Part shown: positions 40,264 through 50,803 of the stretch, one piece after another
Position numbering within the stretch: position 1 is the stretch's first letter
Layout of the letters: each line of letters opens with the position of its first letter
From: Candidatus Entotheonellaceae bacterium
Lineage (GTDB): Bacteria; Tectomicrobia; Entotheonellia; Entotheonellales; Entotheonellaceae
NCBI GenBank assembly: GCA_965238075.1
Contig: OZ250173.1
Location: forward strand, 1,504,001 to 1,568,000
Length of the DNA: 64,000 bases
Reading direction: 5' to 3'
Notes under the pieces: model-generated
Told to the model about the DNA's origin: nothing
The model's input: only the letters and a program-made list of their open reading frames with translations
Database searches by the model: none
Translations under genes and position numbers: made by a program

Positions 40264-40548
40264 GTGCTTATCTCCTTCGATAGTAAGCTTTGCACGGAAA
40301 TCCCCCCGCAACTCGCCGCATCCGTCTCACTACGGGTTCTGTAGGAAGTGAATGGTTCGTCGTGCAGTATGACGTGGGAGAGCGTAGGACTTGCAGTCTC
40401 CTTAACGAGATGAATGCCAGCCTATCACAGGGCCGTTTATACCGTCAATGCTGGAAAAAGGGGCGGAATTGGTATGCTACAATGGCCCCTTTTCAGGGCT
40501 GACATTAGCGCATCTGCGGGAAACGCTGTGCGAAAAGGCGGTGACGAC

Positions 40549-40794
40549 ATGCCGTTGATTGATACGCTGGCACTCAAGACTGGCCTGGCAGACGCGGGCT
40601 TGGATAGCGCGCAGGCGGACGCCATCGTTCAAGCCTTCGTGCATGCTGATACCGAACACTTGGCAACGAAGGCGAACATCGCGCCACTGGATGGGCGCTT
40701 GGACAAGCTGCAATGGATGGCTGGCGTGATCTTGGCATTCCTGCTACTGCCCATGGGCATGGTAGGGCGCCTGCTATTCGTAACGGGCGGATAA
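40549..40794 (+). CDS. DUF1640/CCDC90-like small membrane-anchored protein
   Basis: DTL...L..AG...QA.AI...LATK...LQWM + TM. Confidence 0.65.
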   Translation: MPLIDTLALKTGLADAGLDSAQADAIVQAFVHADTEHLATKANIAPLDGRLDKLQWMAGVILAFLLLPMGMVGRLLFVTGG

Positions 40795-40838
40795 GGATAC
40801 AGCTTGGCGGCGCTGAAAACAGAAGAGGAGACAACGGC

Positions 40839-42005
40839 ATGGCAATAGAGACAATGGGAAGGACAGGCGAGGGCACGAAGCTAGACACCAACGGCGGCGC
40901 GTCCAAGGCCAGCAATCGGCGCGCATTTTTGCGCACTGTTGCCGCCGCGGGCGGCGCCGCAGTGCTCGCCGCGCCCCACGTTCGCAACGCCGAAGCGGCC
41001 CGCAGCCACGTATGGAAGGTGCAGTCGACCTGGGACGCCGGCACCACCGGCTACCGGCTGTTCGAGGAATGGGCCAAGAGCTTTCAGGAGACGTCGGACG
41101 GCGAATTGGAAATGCGGCCGTTTCCCGCCAAGGCAGTGGCGGCGGACAACAACGCCCTGTTCGACGCCGTGCGCACCGGCGTGCTGCAGGGCATGAACCC
41201 CTTCACGCTCTACTGGTCGGGCAAAATTCCGGCCTCTGTGTTCCTGTCGTCTTACCCGGCGGGTCCCGATCAGGCGTCGCAGTGGGACACCATGTTCTAC
41301 GGCCTCGGCCTGCTGGAGATGACGCGCGAGATATACCAGAGATTTGGCTTGTTTTACGTCGGCCCGATTCAGCACGACGCCAACATCATCCACTCCAAGC
41401 AGCCGGTGGACAGCCTGGAGCAGCTGCGGGGCATGAAGATCCGCCTGCCCGGCGGCATGGTGGCGGAGGTGTTCGAGAAGTTCGGCGTCAGCACCACCAG
41501 CATGCCCGGCTCGGACATCTATCCGGCGCTGGAAAAGGGCACCATCGACGCCGCCGATTACGTCGGCCCCGCCATCAACTGGGACCTTGGCTTTGCTGAA
41601 GTCACGAATTACATCATCTGCATGGGCCCGCCGGGGCAAACTTCCCTGTATCAACCCGTCGACCTGATGGACCTCACCGTCAACATGGGCGCCTGGAAGC
41701 GCCTGCCGGAGAAACTGCAGCGCTTTGTCGAAGAGCAGGTGCAGACCTACTCGGTGCACCATTTCGTCGCCATCCAGGAAGCCGACCTGAAGGCCATGGC
41801 GCAATTCCTGGAAGCGGGGACAACGGTGTCGCGGCTTCCCGCCGAGGACGTGAAGCGCTTCCGCCAGGCCGCCATTCCGGTGTGGTACAAGTGGGCGAAC
41901 CTGAACGCCGACGCCAGGCGGGTGTTCAAGCTGCAGCTCGACTACATGCTGAACCCGTACATGGGTTACGTGTCGTCGGACGACGTCGCGGGCCTCAGCC
42001 TCTAG
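40839..42005 (+). CDS. dctP: TRAP substrate-binding protein (TakP/lactate-binding type), Tat signal
   Basis: NRRAFL, WKVQSTW, GMKIRLPGG, ALEKGTIDA. Confidence 0.9.
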   Translation: MAIETMGRTGEGTKLDTNGGASKASNRRAFLRTVAAAGGAAVLAAPHVRNAEAARSHVWKVQSTWDAGTTGYRLFEEWAKSFQETSDGELEMRPFPAKAVAADNNALFDAVRTGVLQGMNPFTLYWSGKIPASVFLSSYPAGPDQASQWDTMFYGLGLLEMTREIYQRFGLFYVGPIQHDANIIHSKQPVDSLEQLRGMKIRLPGGMVAEVFEKFGVSTTSMPGSDIYPALEKGTIDAADYVGPAINWDLGFAEVTNYIICMGPPGQTSLYQPVDLMDLTVNMGAWKRLPEKLQRFVEEQVQTYSVHHFVAIQEADLKAMAQFLEAGTTVSRLPAEDVKRFRQAAIPVWYKWANLNADARRVFKLQLDYMLNPYMGYVSSDDVAGLSL

Positions 42006-42124
42006 AGCAATTCGAGGTCACTGGATTCCGGGTCAGGCCCGGAATGACGATTTGGGGCCGGAATGGCGATACGGTGGCCTTGCATGGTGCTGATCAATCT
42101 TGAATTGCTGGAGTAGGAGCAGCC

Positions 42125-42775
42125 ATGTCGGAGTCGGCAAATTTCGTCATGCCGCACTGGCTTTACTGGGTTTGGCTGATCGTCATGCCGCCGTTGTTCA
42201 TGCTGCTGACGCGCCGCCGCGGCGGCGCGGCGGAGGCCTCTCAGGAAGCAGACGGCGGCGCGCCGGGCAGCCGCCTGACCCGCCTGCTGGATTGGCTGAG
42301 CGAGCAATCCGGCGTCTTTGTGGCCTTGTGGACGGTGAACGCGGTGTGCGCCTACTTCTTCGAGGTGGTGTCGCGCTACATCTTCAACGCCCCGACCATT
42401 TGGGTGCACCAGGCGTCGTACCTGATGTTCGGCATGCAGTACCTGCTGGCCGGCGCCTTTGCCCTGTTGCACGGCGACCACGTGCGGGTAGACGTGCTCT
42501 ACATCAAGCTGCCCAAGCGCGGCCAGGCGGGCACGGATGTGTTCACGTCTATCTTTTTCTTCATCTGCGCGCTGGCCCTGCTGGGCAGTTCCTGGCGCTT
42601 CTTCATGGACGCCGTCGGCATGTTCGAAGTGACCGAGGAAACGTGGCGCATCCAGTTGTACCCCGTCAAAGGCACGATGGTCCTGGGCGCCGCGCTGCTC
42701 GTCCTGGCCGGTCTGTCGAAGCTGCTGAAGGACCTGCAATTGTTCCGTCGTGTGGAAGAGGCCGGGCGCTCATGA
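42125..42775 (+). CDS. dctQ: TRAP small permease
   Basis: EVVSRYIFNAPTIW, HVRVD. Confidence 0.88.
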   Translation: MSESANFVMPHWLYWVWLIVMPPLFMLLTRRRGGAAEASQEADGGAPGSRLTRLLDWLSEQSGVFVALWTVNAVCAYFFEVVSRYIFNAPTIWVHQASYLMFGMQYLLAGAFALLHGDHVRVDVLYIKLPKRGQAGTDVFTSIFFFICALALLGSSWRFFMDAVGMFEVTEETWRIQLYPVKGTMVLGAALLVLAGLSKLLKDLQLFRRVEEAGRS

Positions 42776-44313
42776 CCACGCCAACCGCCGCAGCTTCCCG
42801 CGGGCGAGGGGCGTGGAGCCGTCTGTGGTCCGGCCTCACGGTGATCGCGGCCCTCGTCCTCGCGCTTATCACCTGCGTCGAGCTCGTCAACACACTGTTT
42901 TACGACCCGTACAGCGACGAGCGCTTCCTGTTCACCTTCGCCGAGGTGCTGGCCGACGTCGACATCAGCACGCTGACGTTCTTCATGTTCGGCTCCCTGG
43001 CCGCGCTGCTGATGATGGGCCTGCCGATGGCGTTCGTGGTCGGCGGGCTGGGCGTCGTCTTCATTTATCTGGTCGGCGGCCCGACCATGGTCAACATCAT
43101 CCCCGTACGCATCTACCCGCTGATGGCCAACCCCGACCTGGCGGCCATCCCGCTCTTCATCTTCATGGCCTCCATGCTCGAACGCGCCGGGCTGATCGAG
43201 GAAATGTTCAACGTCGTCTACAAGTGGATGGGCGGCCTGCGGGGCGGCCTGGCGGCGGCCACCATCGTGGCGTCAACCATCCTGGCCGCCATGGTGGGGG
43301 TGATCGGCGCCGCGGTGGTGACCATGGGCATCATCGCGCTGCCGGCGATGCTGCGGCGCAACTACGACCACAAAATCGCCCTCGGGTCGATCATGGCCGG
43401 CGGCACCCTCGGCATCCTCATTCCGCCGTCCATCCTGGCGATTCTCTACGCCGTGGTGGCGCAGCAATCGGTGGGGCGACTGTACCTGGGCTCGGTGGTG
43501 CCGGGCCTGATGCTATCCAGCATGTACATCGGCTACATCATCCTGCGTTCGTGGATCAACCCGAGCCTCGGTCCGGCGCTGCCCAAGGAAGAGCGGGTCA
43601 ACCTGCGCGAGAAGCTGCGCCTGTTGCTCAGCCTGATCGCCCCGATCATCCTGGTGTTCCTCGTCCTGGGTCTGTTGTTCGGCGGCATCGCCACGCCCGT
43701 CGAGGCAGCCGGCATCGGCTCGTTCGGCGCCATGATCGTCGCCGCCATGCACAAGCGCTTCAGCCTGCAGGCGCTGCGCGACGCGTCCATCACCACGGCG
43801 CGGGCGTCGGCCATGGTGCTGTGGATCATGTTTGGCGCTTCCATCTTCGTCGGCTTCTTCATCCTGCAGGGCGGTCGGGAATTCATCACCGACGGCATCC
43901 TCGGCACTGGCTTGAATCCTTACGGCATCCTGCTTCTCATGATGGCCATGCTGGTGTTTCTCGGCATGTTCCTGGATTGGGTGGGCATCCTGCTGCTCAC
44001 CGTGCCCATTTTCGTGCCGATCATCGAATCCATGGCCTTCAACGGGCTGCTGGGCGGCCCGGGAGTGGATGGCAGGGACGAGATCCTGTGGTTCGGGGTG
44101 CTGTATCTCGTGAACATGCAGATGTCCTTCCTCAGCCCGCCGTTCGGCTACGCCCTGTTCTATCTGCGCGGCGTCAGTCCGCCTGAAATCACGATGGCGA
44201 CTATTTTCAAGGCGTCGCTGATCTTCCTGACCCTGCAAGCCATCGGGCTTTATCTGTGCGTGCAGTTCCCGTGGATTGTTACCTGGTTGCCGCACGCGAT
44301 TTACGGGAATTGA
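42772..44313 (+). CDS. dctM: TRAP large permease
   Basis: AIPLFIFM, GTLGILIPPS, TPVEA, SPPFG. Confidence 0.9.
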   Translation: MTTPTAAASRGRGAWSRLWSGLTVIAALVLALITCVELVNTLFYDPYSDERFLFTFAEVLADVDISTLTFFMFGSLAALLMMGLPMAFVVGGLGVVFIYLVGGPTMVNIIPVRIYPLMANPDLAAIPLFIFMASMLERAGLIEEMFNVVYKWMGGLRGGLAAATIVASTILAAMVGVIGAAVVTMGIIALPAMLRRNYDHKIALGSIMAGGTLGILIPPSILAILYAVVAQQSVGRLYLGSVVPGLMLSSMYIGYIILRSWINPSLGPALPKEERVNLREKLRLLLSLIAPIILVFLVLGLLFGGIATPVEAAGIGSFGAMIVAAMHKRFSLQALRDASITTARASAMVLWIMFGASIFVGFFILQGGREFITDGILGTGLNPYGILLLMMAMLVFLGMFLDWVGILLLTVPIFVPIIESMAFNGLLGGPGVDGRDEILWFGVLYLVNMQMSFLSPPFGYALFYLRGVSPPEITMATIFKASLIFLTLQAIGLYLCVQFPWIVTWLPHAIYGN

Positions 44314-44319
44314 TCCCAC

Positions 44320-44931
44320 ATGCTGCGGCGCCTCGAGCAGCACGTCGCCGCCCTGCGGACCTGCCGCTTGTGTCCTGCCATGGCGTCCTCTCCCGTCACC
44401 GGTGCGGCGGTGGTCAGCCAGGTGATGCTGGTCGGCCAAGCGCCCGGCGACAAGGAACCGGCGCTGCAGCGACCGTTTGCCTGGACGGCCGGCAAGGCGA
44501 TGTTCAAATGGTTCCAGGAGGCCTGCGGCATCGACGAAGCGGTGTTCCGCTCGCACGTCTACATGACCGCGGTGTGCCGGTGTTTTCCCGGCAAAAGGCC
44601 GCGCGGCGGCGACCGCGTTCCCAACCCCGCCGAAATCGCCAACTGCTCGCGTTGGCTGCAAGCCGAAATGACCCTCCTCAAGCCCGCGCTGGTAATTCCC
44701 GTCGGCAAGCTCGCCATTGCCCAGTTCATGACCTATAGCAATATGGAAGCCCATATCGGCCAACAGGCCCGCTGCACCTACGCGGATCACACCTTCGACG
44801 CCATCCCGTTGCCGCACCCCTCCGGCGCTTCGCCCTGGCCACGCGTCGAACCGGGCAAGACGTTGCTGCGCACGGCGATGCAATTGATCGCCGCGCATCC
44901 GGCGTGGCGCCATCAAATGACGACCGGTTGA
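44320..44931 (+). CDS. Uracil-DNA glycosylase family protein
   Basis: CRLC, LVGQAPG, CRCFPG, LPHPSG. Confidence 0.85.
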   Translation: MLRRLEQHVAALRTCRLCPAMASSPVTGAAVVSQVMLVGQAPGDKEPALQRPFAWTAGKAMFKWFQEACGIDEAVFRSHVYMTAVCRCFPGKRPRGGDRVPNPAEIANCSRWLQAEMTLLKPALVIPVGKLAIAQFMTYSNMEAHIGQQARCTYADHTFDAIPLPHPSGASPWPRVEPGKTLLRTAMQLIAAHPAWRHQMTTG

Positions 44932-45033
44932 GGAACGGCCTACCGAGAAGCTATCATGGCCGCCAGGGAATTACTGCTCCCTCTCCCTTGGCGGGAGAGG
45001 GTCGGGGTGAGGGGGAACAAAGAGGAGAAGCTC

Positions 45034-45948
45034 ATGGTGGACCGCATTGCTTCCCTGCTGCCGAGCAGCACGGAAATTGTCTGCGCGCTGGGTCTGCGGG
45101 AGCGCCTGATCGGCGTCTCCCATGAATGCGATTACCCCGCTGACGTGGTGGGCCTGCCCGTCTTGACGGAGCCGAAACTGGATCCCCGCGGGACCAGCGG
45201 CGACATCAATACGCGGGTCCGCGAGATCGTGCAGGAGGGACTGAGCGTCTACCGGCTGAATACCGACGCGCTGCAAGATCTGAAGCCGGATGTCATCGTC
45301 ACGCAGGACCAGTGCGAAGTGTGCGCCGTTTCCCTGCCTGACGTTGAACACGCCGTGCAGCGTTTTCTGACGCCCGACGTCAAGGTCGTGTCGCTCAACC
45401 CGGAGAAGCTCGGTGATATCTGGAGGGACATCCGCAACGTTGCCGCGGCCACTGGTCAGCAGGAAACCGCCGACACCCTGATCCGGGGTCTGGAAGCGCG
45501 CCTGCGGAAAGTCGCAGAAAAGACGCAGCACCTGCCGCGCCCGCGCGTTGCCTGCCTGGAATGGCTGGATCCCCTGATGGCCGCAGGCAACTGGATTCCT
45601 GAGTTGGTGAATATGGCAGGTGGCGAGTACGGTCTTGTCGATGCGGGCGCGCATACGCCGCCCATCACCTGGGAAACCCTGGTCGCCTACCAACCGGAGG
45701 TGATCGTGATCACGCCGTGCGGGTTCAAAATCCCGCAGTCGCAGGCGGACCTGCCGCTGCTGACGGCGCATCCCCAGTGGCAGGCGTTGCCGGCGGTGCA
45801 AGCGAACCGGGTGTACGTGGCGGACGGCAATGCCTATTACAATCGCCCTGGTCCACGAATCGTGGAAAGCGCGGAAATCCTCGCCGAGATGCTGCATCCC
45901 GAGACCTGCGCCGGCATGGCGGTACCGGGGTCGTACGTGCGGGTCTGA
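45034..45948 (+). CDS. BtuF-like cobalamin/iron ABC binding-fold protein (no signal peptide)
   Basis: RIASLLPSSTEI, SHECDYP, QDQCEVC, NRPGPR. Confidence 0.82.
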   Translation: MVDRIASLLPSSTEIVCALGLRERLIGVSHECDYPADVVGLPVLTEPKLDPRGTSGDINTRVREIVQEGLSVYRLNTDALQDLKPDVIVTQDQCEVCAVSLPDVEHAVQRFLTPDVKVVSLNPEKLGDIWRDIRNVAAATGQQETADTLIRGLEARLRKVAEKTQHLPRPRVACLEWLDPLMAAGNWIPELVNMAGGEYGLVDAGAHTPPITWETLVAYQPEVIVITPCGFKIPQSQADLPLLTAHPQWQALPAVQANRVYVADGNAYYNRPGPRIVESAEILAEMLHPETCAGMAVPGSYVRV

Positions 45949-46595
45949 AGCAGCTGTTGGCGGCCGGCAGGGAGGGCTGGGATCAACAGGATCGTCAATA
46001 ACACGCTCCCGGAAAGTGCAACGCCCAACACCCTGCAGGGGAACCCCCCGCTTAGGGTGCAAACGCTGCGAGCGTATTTTAGAGCGGTTATCGCATGCCT
46101 ATATGGGATATTCGCAGCAGCGTAAGGCGTTGGACAAAGACGTGCACCCGAGCGGCCCTACGCCTAACGGTGGCGCAACCCCCCAACCCCCCTTATCAGG
46201 GGGGCTTTTGAGGCGTTGTCCTGAGTCCTCGCGGCTTTCAGAAATTCCCCCCTGATAAGGGGGCAAGGGGGGTTGCATCCCCGACAACAAAGCCCGGAGC
46301 GAAAAGGCCCCTCAAAACCGCAAAAATCCAACCCCCGAAGAACTCATGTGCTGGATCGAGGTCCTGCAAACCAGACGCTGCGGTCGCCAACGATCTTGAT
46401 GGGCTGCGTCACAACCTGCTGAAACGGGTGGCGCTAAGAAGGAACCTCGCAGCGTGAGCTGGGCAGGCAGTCCGTCAGAGCTACGCAAAGGACTACCGAG
46501 AGCGTTTTGGCACGCCTGTAGGGGAATCGGCGATGCCGCACCAACCTCCTCAGCATGATTGCGTAGATAGGCCAAACATACGAACGAAAACCGCT

Positions 46596-47925
46596 CTAAG
46601 ACGCAGACATGTATGCGAGATCTGGATCGGGAGCATTTTCAAGGCGCAGAATAAGGCGCCCGGCATCCTCTCCGCAGATCTCCTGATACATCATTTTGAT
46701 CGGGGTGAGGTCGAAATCATATTCTTCGGTTACCCATCCCTCGCATCCGTCCCAGCATCGTTAATGACGACGTGACCCCTCATCGGAGGATCGATCTGCT
46801 TATCGAACTCCTTTTCGCCGTTCTTGATGGTGAGAATGACGGAGCTTTTGGCCGGATGGCGGTTTTCGTCATAATGCGCGATGCGGGTGGCACCGGCATA
46901 GTTTTCGGTGGCTTGCAACTGCTCCCGAATCGCCTCGGGGTCAAGACCGCCCGCCCGTTTGATGGCTTCATAAAGCAACTTGACCGCGTCGTAGTTCACC
47001 GCGTCGCCCCCGGTCGGCACAGCCCCGTACGCGGCTTGGTAGGCGTCAATAAACGCCCGCGCTGTCAGTTCGTCCGTGTCCGGTGAAAAGTGGGTCGTGA
47101 AAAAGCTCCCTTCCACATTAGCTTTAACGTCTTCGTCGCTTAAGAGGATCTCGCTGTCCCAGGTATCCGTTCCGAGGAACAGCGTCGGCTTGCCCGCAGA
47201 ATTCCGCAACGGAATTTCCCTCGCCTGTCGGGTGATCGTGCCAATCTCCTGGATGAAAGCGGATAGAAAAGCGCGTCAGGTTGCAGTGCCGCGATGCGGG
47301 TCAGTTGTTCGTTGAAATCCGCGGTCCCATCGTCGTAGGACTCTTCCGTAGCCACGTCCCCGCCAAGTCCCGTGAAGTTCGCTGCAAAGAATTCGGATAT
47401 TCCCTTCGTGTAGACATCGCCGCTCAACGTCAACAGGGCAACGGTGCTCACGTCGAGGTCCTCTCGCGCAAATTGTGCCATGACGCGGCCCTGAAACGTG
47501 TCCGTGACGGATGCCATGAAAACGAAGTCACCGGCGCCCGTAACGCTGGGGTTGCTGGCGGCAGTGGTCACCATCGGTACACGGTACTGTTGTGCGATTG
47601 GGCCCACGCGAACGGCATGCGTAGACCGATTGGGCCCGATGATAGCAATGACCTGATCTTTGAGAATCATGTCCTTGGCGGCCTGAATCGACAGCGGCAG
47701 TGACGCCTCCCGGTTCACGAGGCTCACCAATTCGACAGGCGTGCCGAACAGCCCTCCCGATTCGTTGATTTCATCCACGGCCAACTGGGCGGAGCGCAGG
47801 TAGGTCGGGCGCTCGCCCGCAACGATAAAACCGATTTTGATCGTGCGCGTCTGTTCCGACTCGCAGCCAACGAGGAGCGCGACCAAGGCAAGCACGCCGA
47901 ACATGGCTCGAAATGGATGTCGCAT
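46596..47925 (-). pseudogene. LivJ-type ABC substrate-binding lipoprotein with C-terminal NigD-like domain, frameshifted and internally deleted
   Basis: LLVGC lipobox; frame jumps at the T4 run (47267-47270) between PDALF and LSAFIQE; tail CEGWVTEEYDFDLTPIK in another frame. Confidence 0.75.
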
Positions 47926-47945
47926 AATTCTTCTGACCCCTCCCC

Positions 47946-48695
47946 TTAAGACAGCAGAAACTCGACCAACAACTCGTTGAATGCGCCCGCATCGTAGAGA
48001 TGAATGCCATGCCTCCCCTCCGGAAACACGTGCAAGCGCGCCCCTGCGATCCCTTGCTGCAGGAACTGCGCATGAAAGAGCGGCACCAGCCGGTCTTTCC
48101 CACCATGAAGCAGAAAGGTGGGACACGTAATCTGCGCCAGGCGCTTCCGGCACAGATCGCCGCCCGCTTTCAGGAGCCTCTGCTGCGCGTCACACCAGCG
48201 CGTCCATAGCGCCTGGAAGCCATCGCCGTACATCGCCTGCATCGGTGCTGCCGCACGCGGGGGCCAGTCCGCCACGCAGCGCGTTGTCTCATACAGCTCG
48301 ATATCCGCCTGGGTGACGTACGCATTGCCGCCCCAGATCGCCAGCTTGGTTACCCGCTGCGGGTAGGCCAACGTCAGCAGCAGACCGATAATCGCGCCGT
48401 CGCTCCAGCCACCGACCGCGTAGGTCGGGCAGCCCAGCGTCTCCATCAGCGCCGCGAAATCGTGCGCGTCCTGTTGGTAAAAATCAGGCGGGAAGGCGCG
48501 CTCGGGAGGCCGGGATTTCCCATAGCCGCGCGGGTCGGGCGCAATCACGCGTCGGCCGCGCTCGGGGAGTGCCTGCAATTGCGGCGCGAAATCCGATCGT
48601 CCGGTCCCCAGCGCTCCCGGTAACAGAAGGAGGGGCGGCCCTTTCCCAACGTCTTCGTAATGGAGCTTGACGCCGCGGATGTCTGCGTATGGCAT
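47946..48695 (-). CDS. Alpha/beta serine hydrolase, BPHL/valacyclovir hydrolase-like
   Basis: DPRGYGKSRPP, GWSDG, IWGGNAYV, GRH. Confidence 0.85.
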   Translation of the reverse strand: MPYADIRGVKLHYEDVGKGPPLLLLPGALGTGRSDFAPQLQALPERGRRVIAPDPRGYGKSRPPERAFPPDFYQQDAHDFAALMETLGCPTYAVGGWSDGAIIGLLLTLAYPQRVTKLAIWGGNAYVTQADIELYETTRCVADWPPRAAAPMQAMYGDGFQALWTRWCDAQQRLLKAGGDLCRKRLAQITCPTFLLHGGKDRLVPLFHAQFLQQGIAGARLHVFPEGRHGIHLYDAGAFNELLVEFLLS

Positions 48696-48800
48696 ACGTC
48701 CTCCACACAGCGGTCCCGATACACGTGCTCAAGAGAGCAGACGGGCACAGGCGCCTGTCCTTTGGGCGGTGAGGCGCGATCTTTTGATCACGCAGCAGAC

Positions 48801-49100
48801 CTACAACCCAAACGTATAGATAAGGTCGGGAACACTCTCGGGCGCGCCCCGAAGACGCAGAACAATGGTTCCCGCATCCTCCAGGTATGCTTCCTGATAC
48901 AGCGTTTTAATGGGCGCGAGGTCAAAGCTATACGTTTCAGTTAGATACGCTCTGCACCTGTCGCCGTGGGCATCATGGGCCACGGAGACCGCGATCTGTA
49001 CGGGGTGCGATTCCATAAATGCGTCGGCCGCGAGCAAGGTGAAATCGTGGTTTTCACATCCTCCGCTATACGACACCGTGATGGTTAACGTATTGTCCTC
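48801..49100 (-). pseudogene. NigD-like C-terminal domain fragment, 5' truncated by IS remnants
   Basis: TLTITVSYSGGC..HDF...ESHPVQ...DRCRAY...FDLAPIK; paralog of the 46596-46740 tail. Confidence 0.6.
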
Positions 49101-49261
49101 CCCCGCCCCGCAAGCTCTTCACGCAAGCGGTTGAGATCGAATGCCTTGTCCGCAATCAGCGCCTCGAAATCCAACCCCTCGATCAACCCATCAACGCCAA
49201 GGCAATCATGGCGCTGGCCTGGCAACAAGACGAAACGCACCAAATTGCGCAACGCATCGAT
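49101..49261 (-). mobile_element. IS5-family transposase internal fragment
   Basis: DALRNLVRFVLLPGQRHD...LIADKAFD...LREEL. Confidence 0.75.
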
Positions 49262-50278
49262 TGTATAGTCCCGGAGTTTAATGGGTTGGATCGACTTTGA
49301 ATCTTTGCGGTTCCGAGGTCCAGACCTTGCAGATGTATTCGTAGGGCGTGAGACCCTGGAGGGTCTTAAGGCGCCGCGCGAAGTTGTAAGCTGAGACAAA
49401 GGCATCCAGATGGCCGCGAAGCCGGTCATGGCTATCGTAGTGGAAACGCTTGACGGTCGCCTCCTTGATCGTGCGGTTCATGCGCTCAGCCTGACCGTTG
49501 GTCCAGGGATGGTTCGGCTTCGTCAGACGGTGTTCGATCCCATGTCCCCAACACGCCCGGTCGAACGGGTGACCCCGAAAGCGCGCCGTAGGGCCGCTTC
49601 GGTTCCTGGCAAGGTCGGCAAACTGGATACCATTATCGGTCAGCACCGTGTGGACTTCGTAGGGAACGGCTGCAACCAGGTCATCCAAAAATGCTGCCGC
49701 TGTTTTGGTGTTGGCGCTCTCCACCAGTCTTGTAAAGGCAAACTTCGAGGTCCTGTCGACAGCGATGAAAAGGTAAAGTTTCCCCTCAGCGGTGCGTAAC
49801 TCGGCGATATCGACATGGAAATAGCCGATGGGGTAGCGCTTGAAGCGCTTCTTTTCGGGTTTGTCACCACCAACTTGCGGCAGACGGCTGATGCCATGGC
49901 GCTGCAGGCAGCGATGAAGTGACGAACGGCTCAGATGCGGGAGCGTCGGTTTGAGGGCATAGAGGCAGTCGTCGAGCGGTAGCAGAGTGTGGCGGCGGAA
50001 GGCCACGATGAGCGCTTCTTCAGCCTCGCCCAGAAGCGTCGAGTGCGGATGTTTCGGCCCTGTCTTGCGATCTTCGACGGTTTCTCGCTGGCGCCATTTC
50101 TGGACGGTCTTGGGATTGATCCCGTAGGTCCGGCTCAACTGCGTGAGCGAAGCTTTCGATCGCTGTATTGCTTTTCTGACAGCGTGCGTTGTCGTGGCGC
50201 AGCCGTGAAGTATCTGTCCCATAGTGCCTCCTTCCATTGCACGGAAAGGACCATACCATCAAACACTGGGACTGTACA
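49262..50278 (-). mobile_element. IS481-family insertion sequence (1017 bp)
   Basis: Imperfect terminal IRs TGTATAGTCCCGGAGTTTAATGG / TGTACAGTCCCAGTGTTTGATGG; no matching target duplication. Confidence 0.9.
49278..50222 (-). CDS. IS481-family transposase
   Basis: MGQILHGCATTT, FHVD, LTDNG, TNGQAERMNRT. Confidence 0.92.
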   Translation of the reverse strand: MGQILHGCATTTHAVRKAIQRSKASLTQLSRTYGINPKTVQKWRQRETVEDRKTGPKHPHSTLLGEAEEALIVAFRRHTLLPLDDCLYALKPTLPHLSRSSLHRCLQRHGISRLPQVGGDKPEKKRFKRYPIGYFHVDIAELRTAEGKLYLFIAVDRTSKFAFTRLVESANTKTAAAFLDDLVAAVPYEVHTVLTDNGIQFADLARNRSGPTARFRGHPFDRACWGHGIEHRLTKPNHPWTNGQAERMNRTIKEATVKRFHYDSHDRLRGHLDAFVSAYNFARRLKTLQGLTPYEYICKVWTSEPQRFKVDPTH

Positions 50279-50279
50279 C

Positions 50280-50792
50280 CTAATCGGCGACGGCGCGGCG
50301 CAGCAGCGGGCCGGCGCCGTGCATGAAGTCGGCCACCACGGCGTCGAGGTCGTCCAGTTGCGATTCCAGGACGTACAGGCCGCGGCTGGGCACCGAGGCG
50401 CCGAGCTCGACGAGCAGCGGTCGGAAGTGCGTCTCCACCGCCAGGGCGTGCTGCGGGGCGGCGCCGAGCATGACGGGAAGCGCCACCGTGCCGGCCAAGC
50501 CGTTACTGCCGTAGCGGTCGAAAAAGGCTTTGAGCAGGCCGGTGTAGGAGGCTTTGTACACCGGACAGGCGGGAACGATCAGGGTGCTGGCCGCCACCTT
50601 TTGGCCCAGGGCGGCGAGTTCGTCGTCCTCCCAAGCGAACAGGCGGCCGGCCACGTGCGCCAGCTCGATGGTTTCGAGGCTGGCGCGGCCGCCGGCGCCG
50701 ACGGCTTCGATCGCCGCGCGGGCCGCCGCCTCGGCCACCCGCGTGGTGCGGCCGCCGGGGTTGGGATTGCCGATGACGACGCTCACATGCAT
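50280..50792 (-). CDS. NAD(P)H-dependent FMN reductase (SsuE-like)
   Basis: GNPNPGGRT, PVYKASYTGLLKAFFD. Confidence 0.85.
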   Translation of the reverse strand: MHVSVVIGNPNPGGRTTRVAEAAARAAIEAVGAGGRASLETIELAHVAGRLFAWEDDELAALGQKVAASTLIVPACPVYKASYTGLLKAFFDRYGSNGLAGTVALPVMLGAAPQHALAVETHFRPLLVELGASVPSRGLYVLESQLDDLDAVVADFMHGAGPLLRRAVAD

Positions 50793-50803
50793 GCCGGCCT
50801 CCA

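Noticed and set aside
42100-44313. 737-aa fused TRAP permease
   Set aside because: The N-terminal part is an off-frame read of dctQ; dctM starts at 42772 by ATGA overlap
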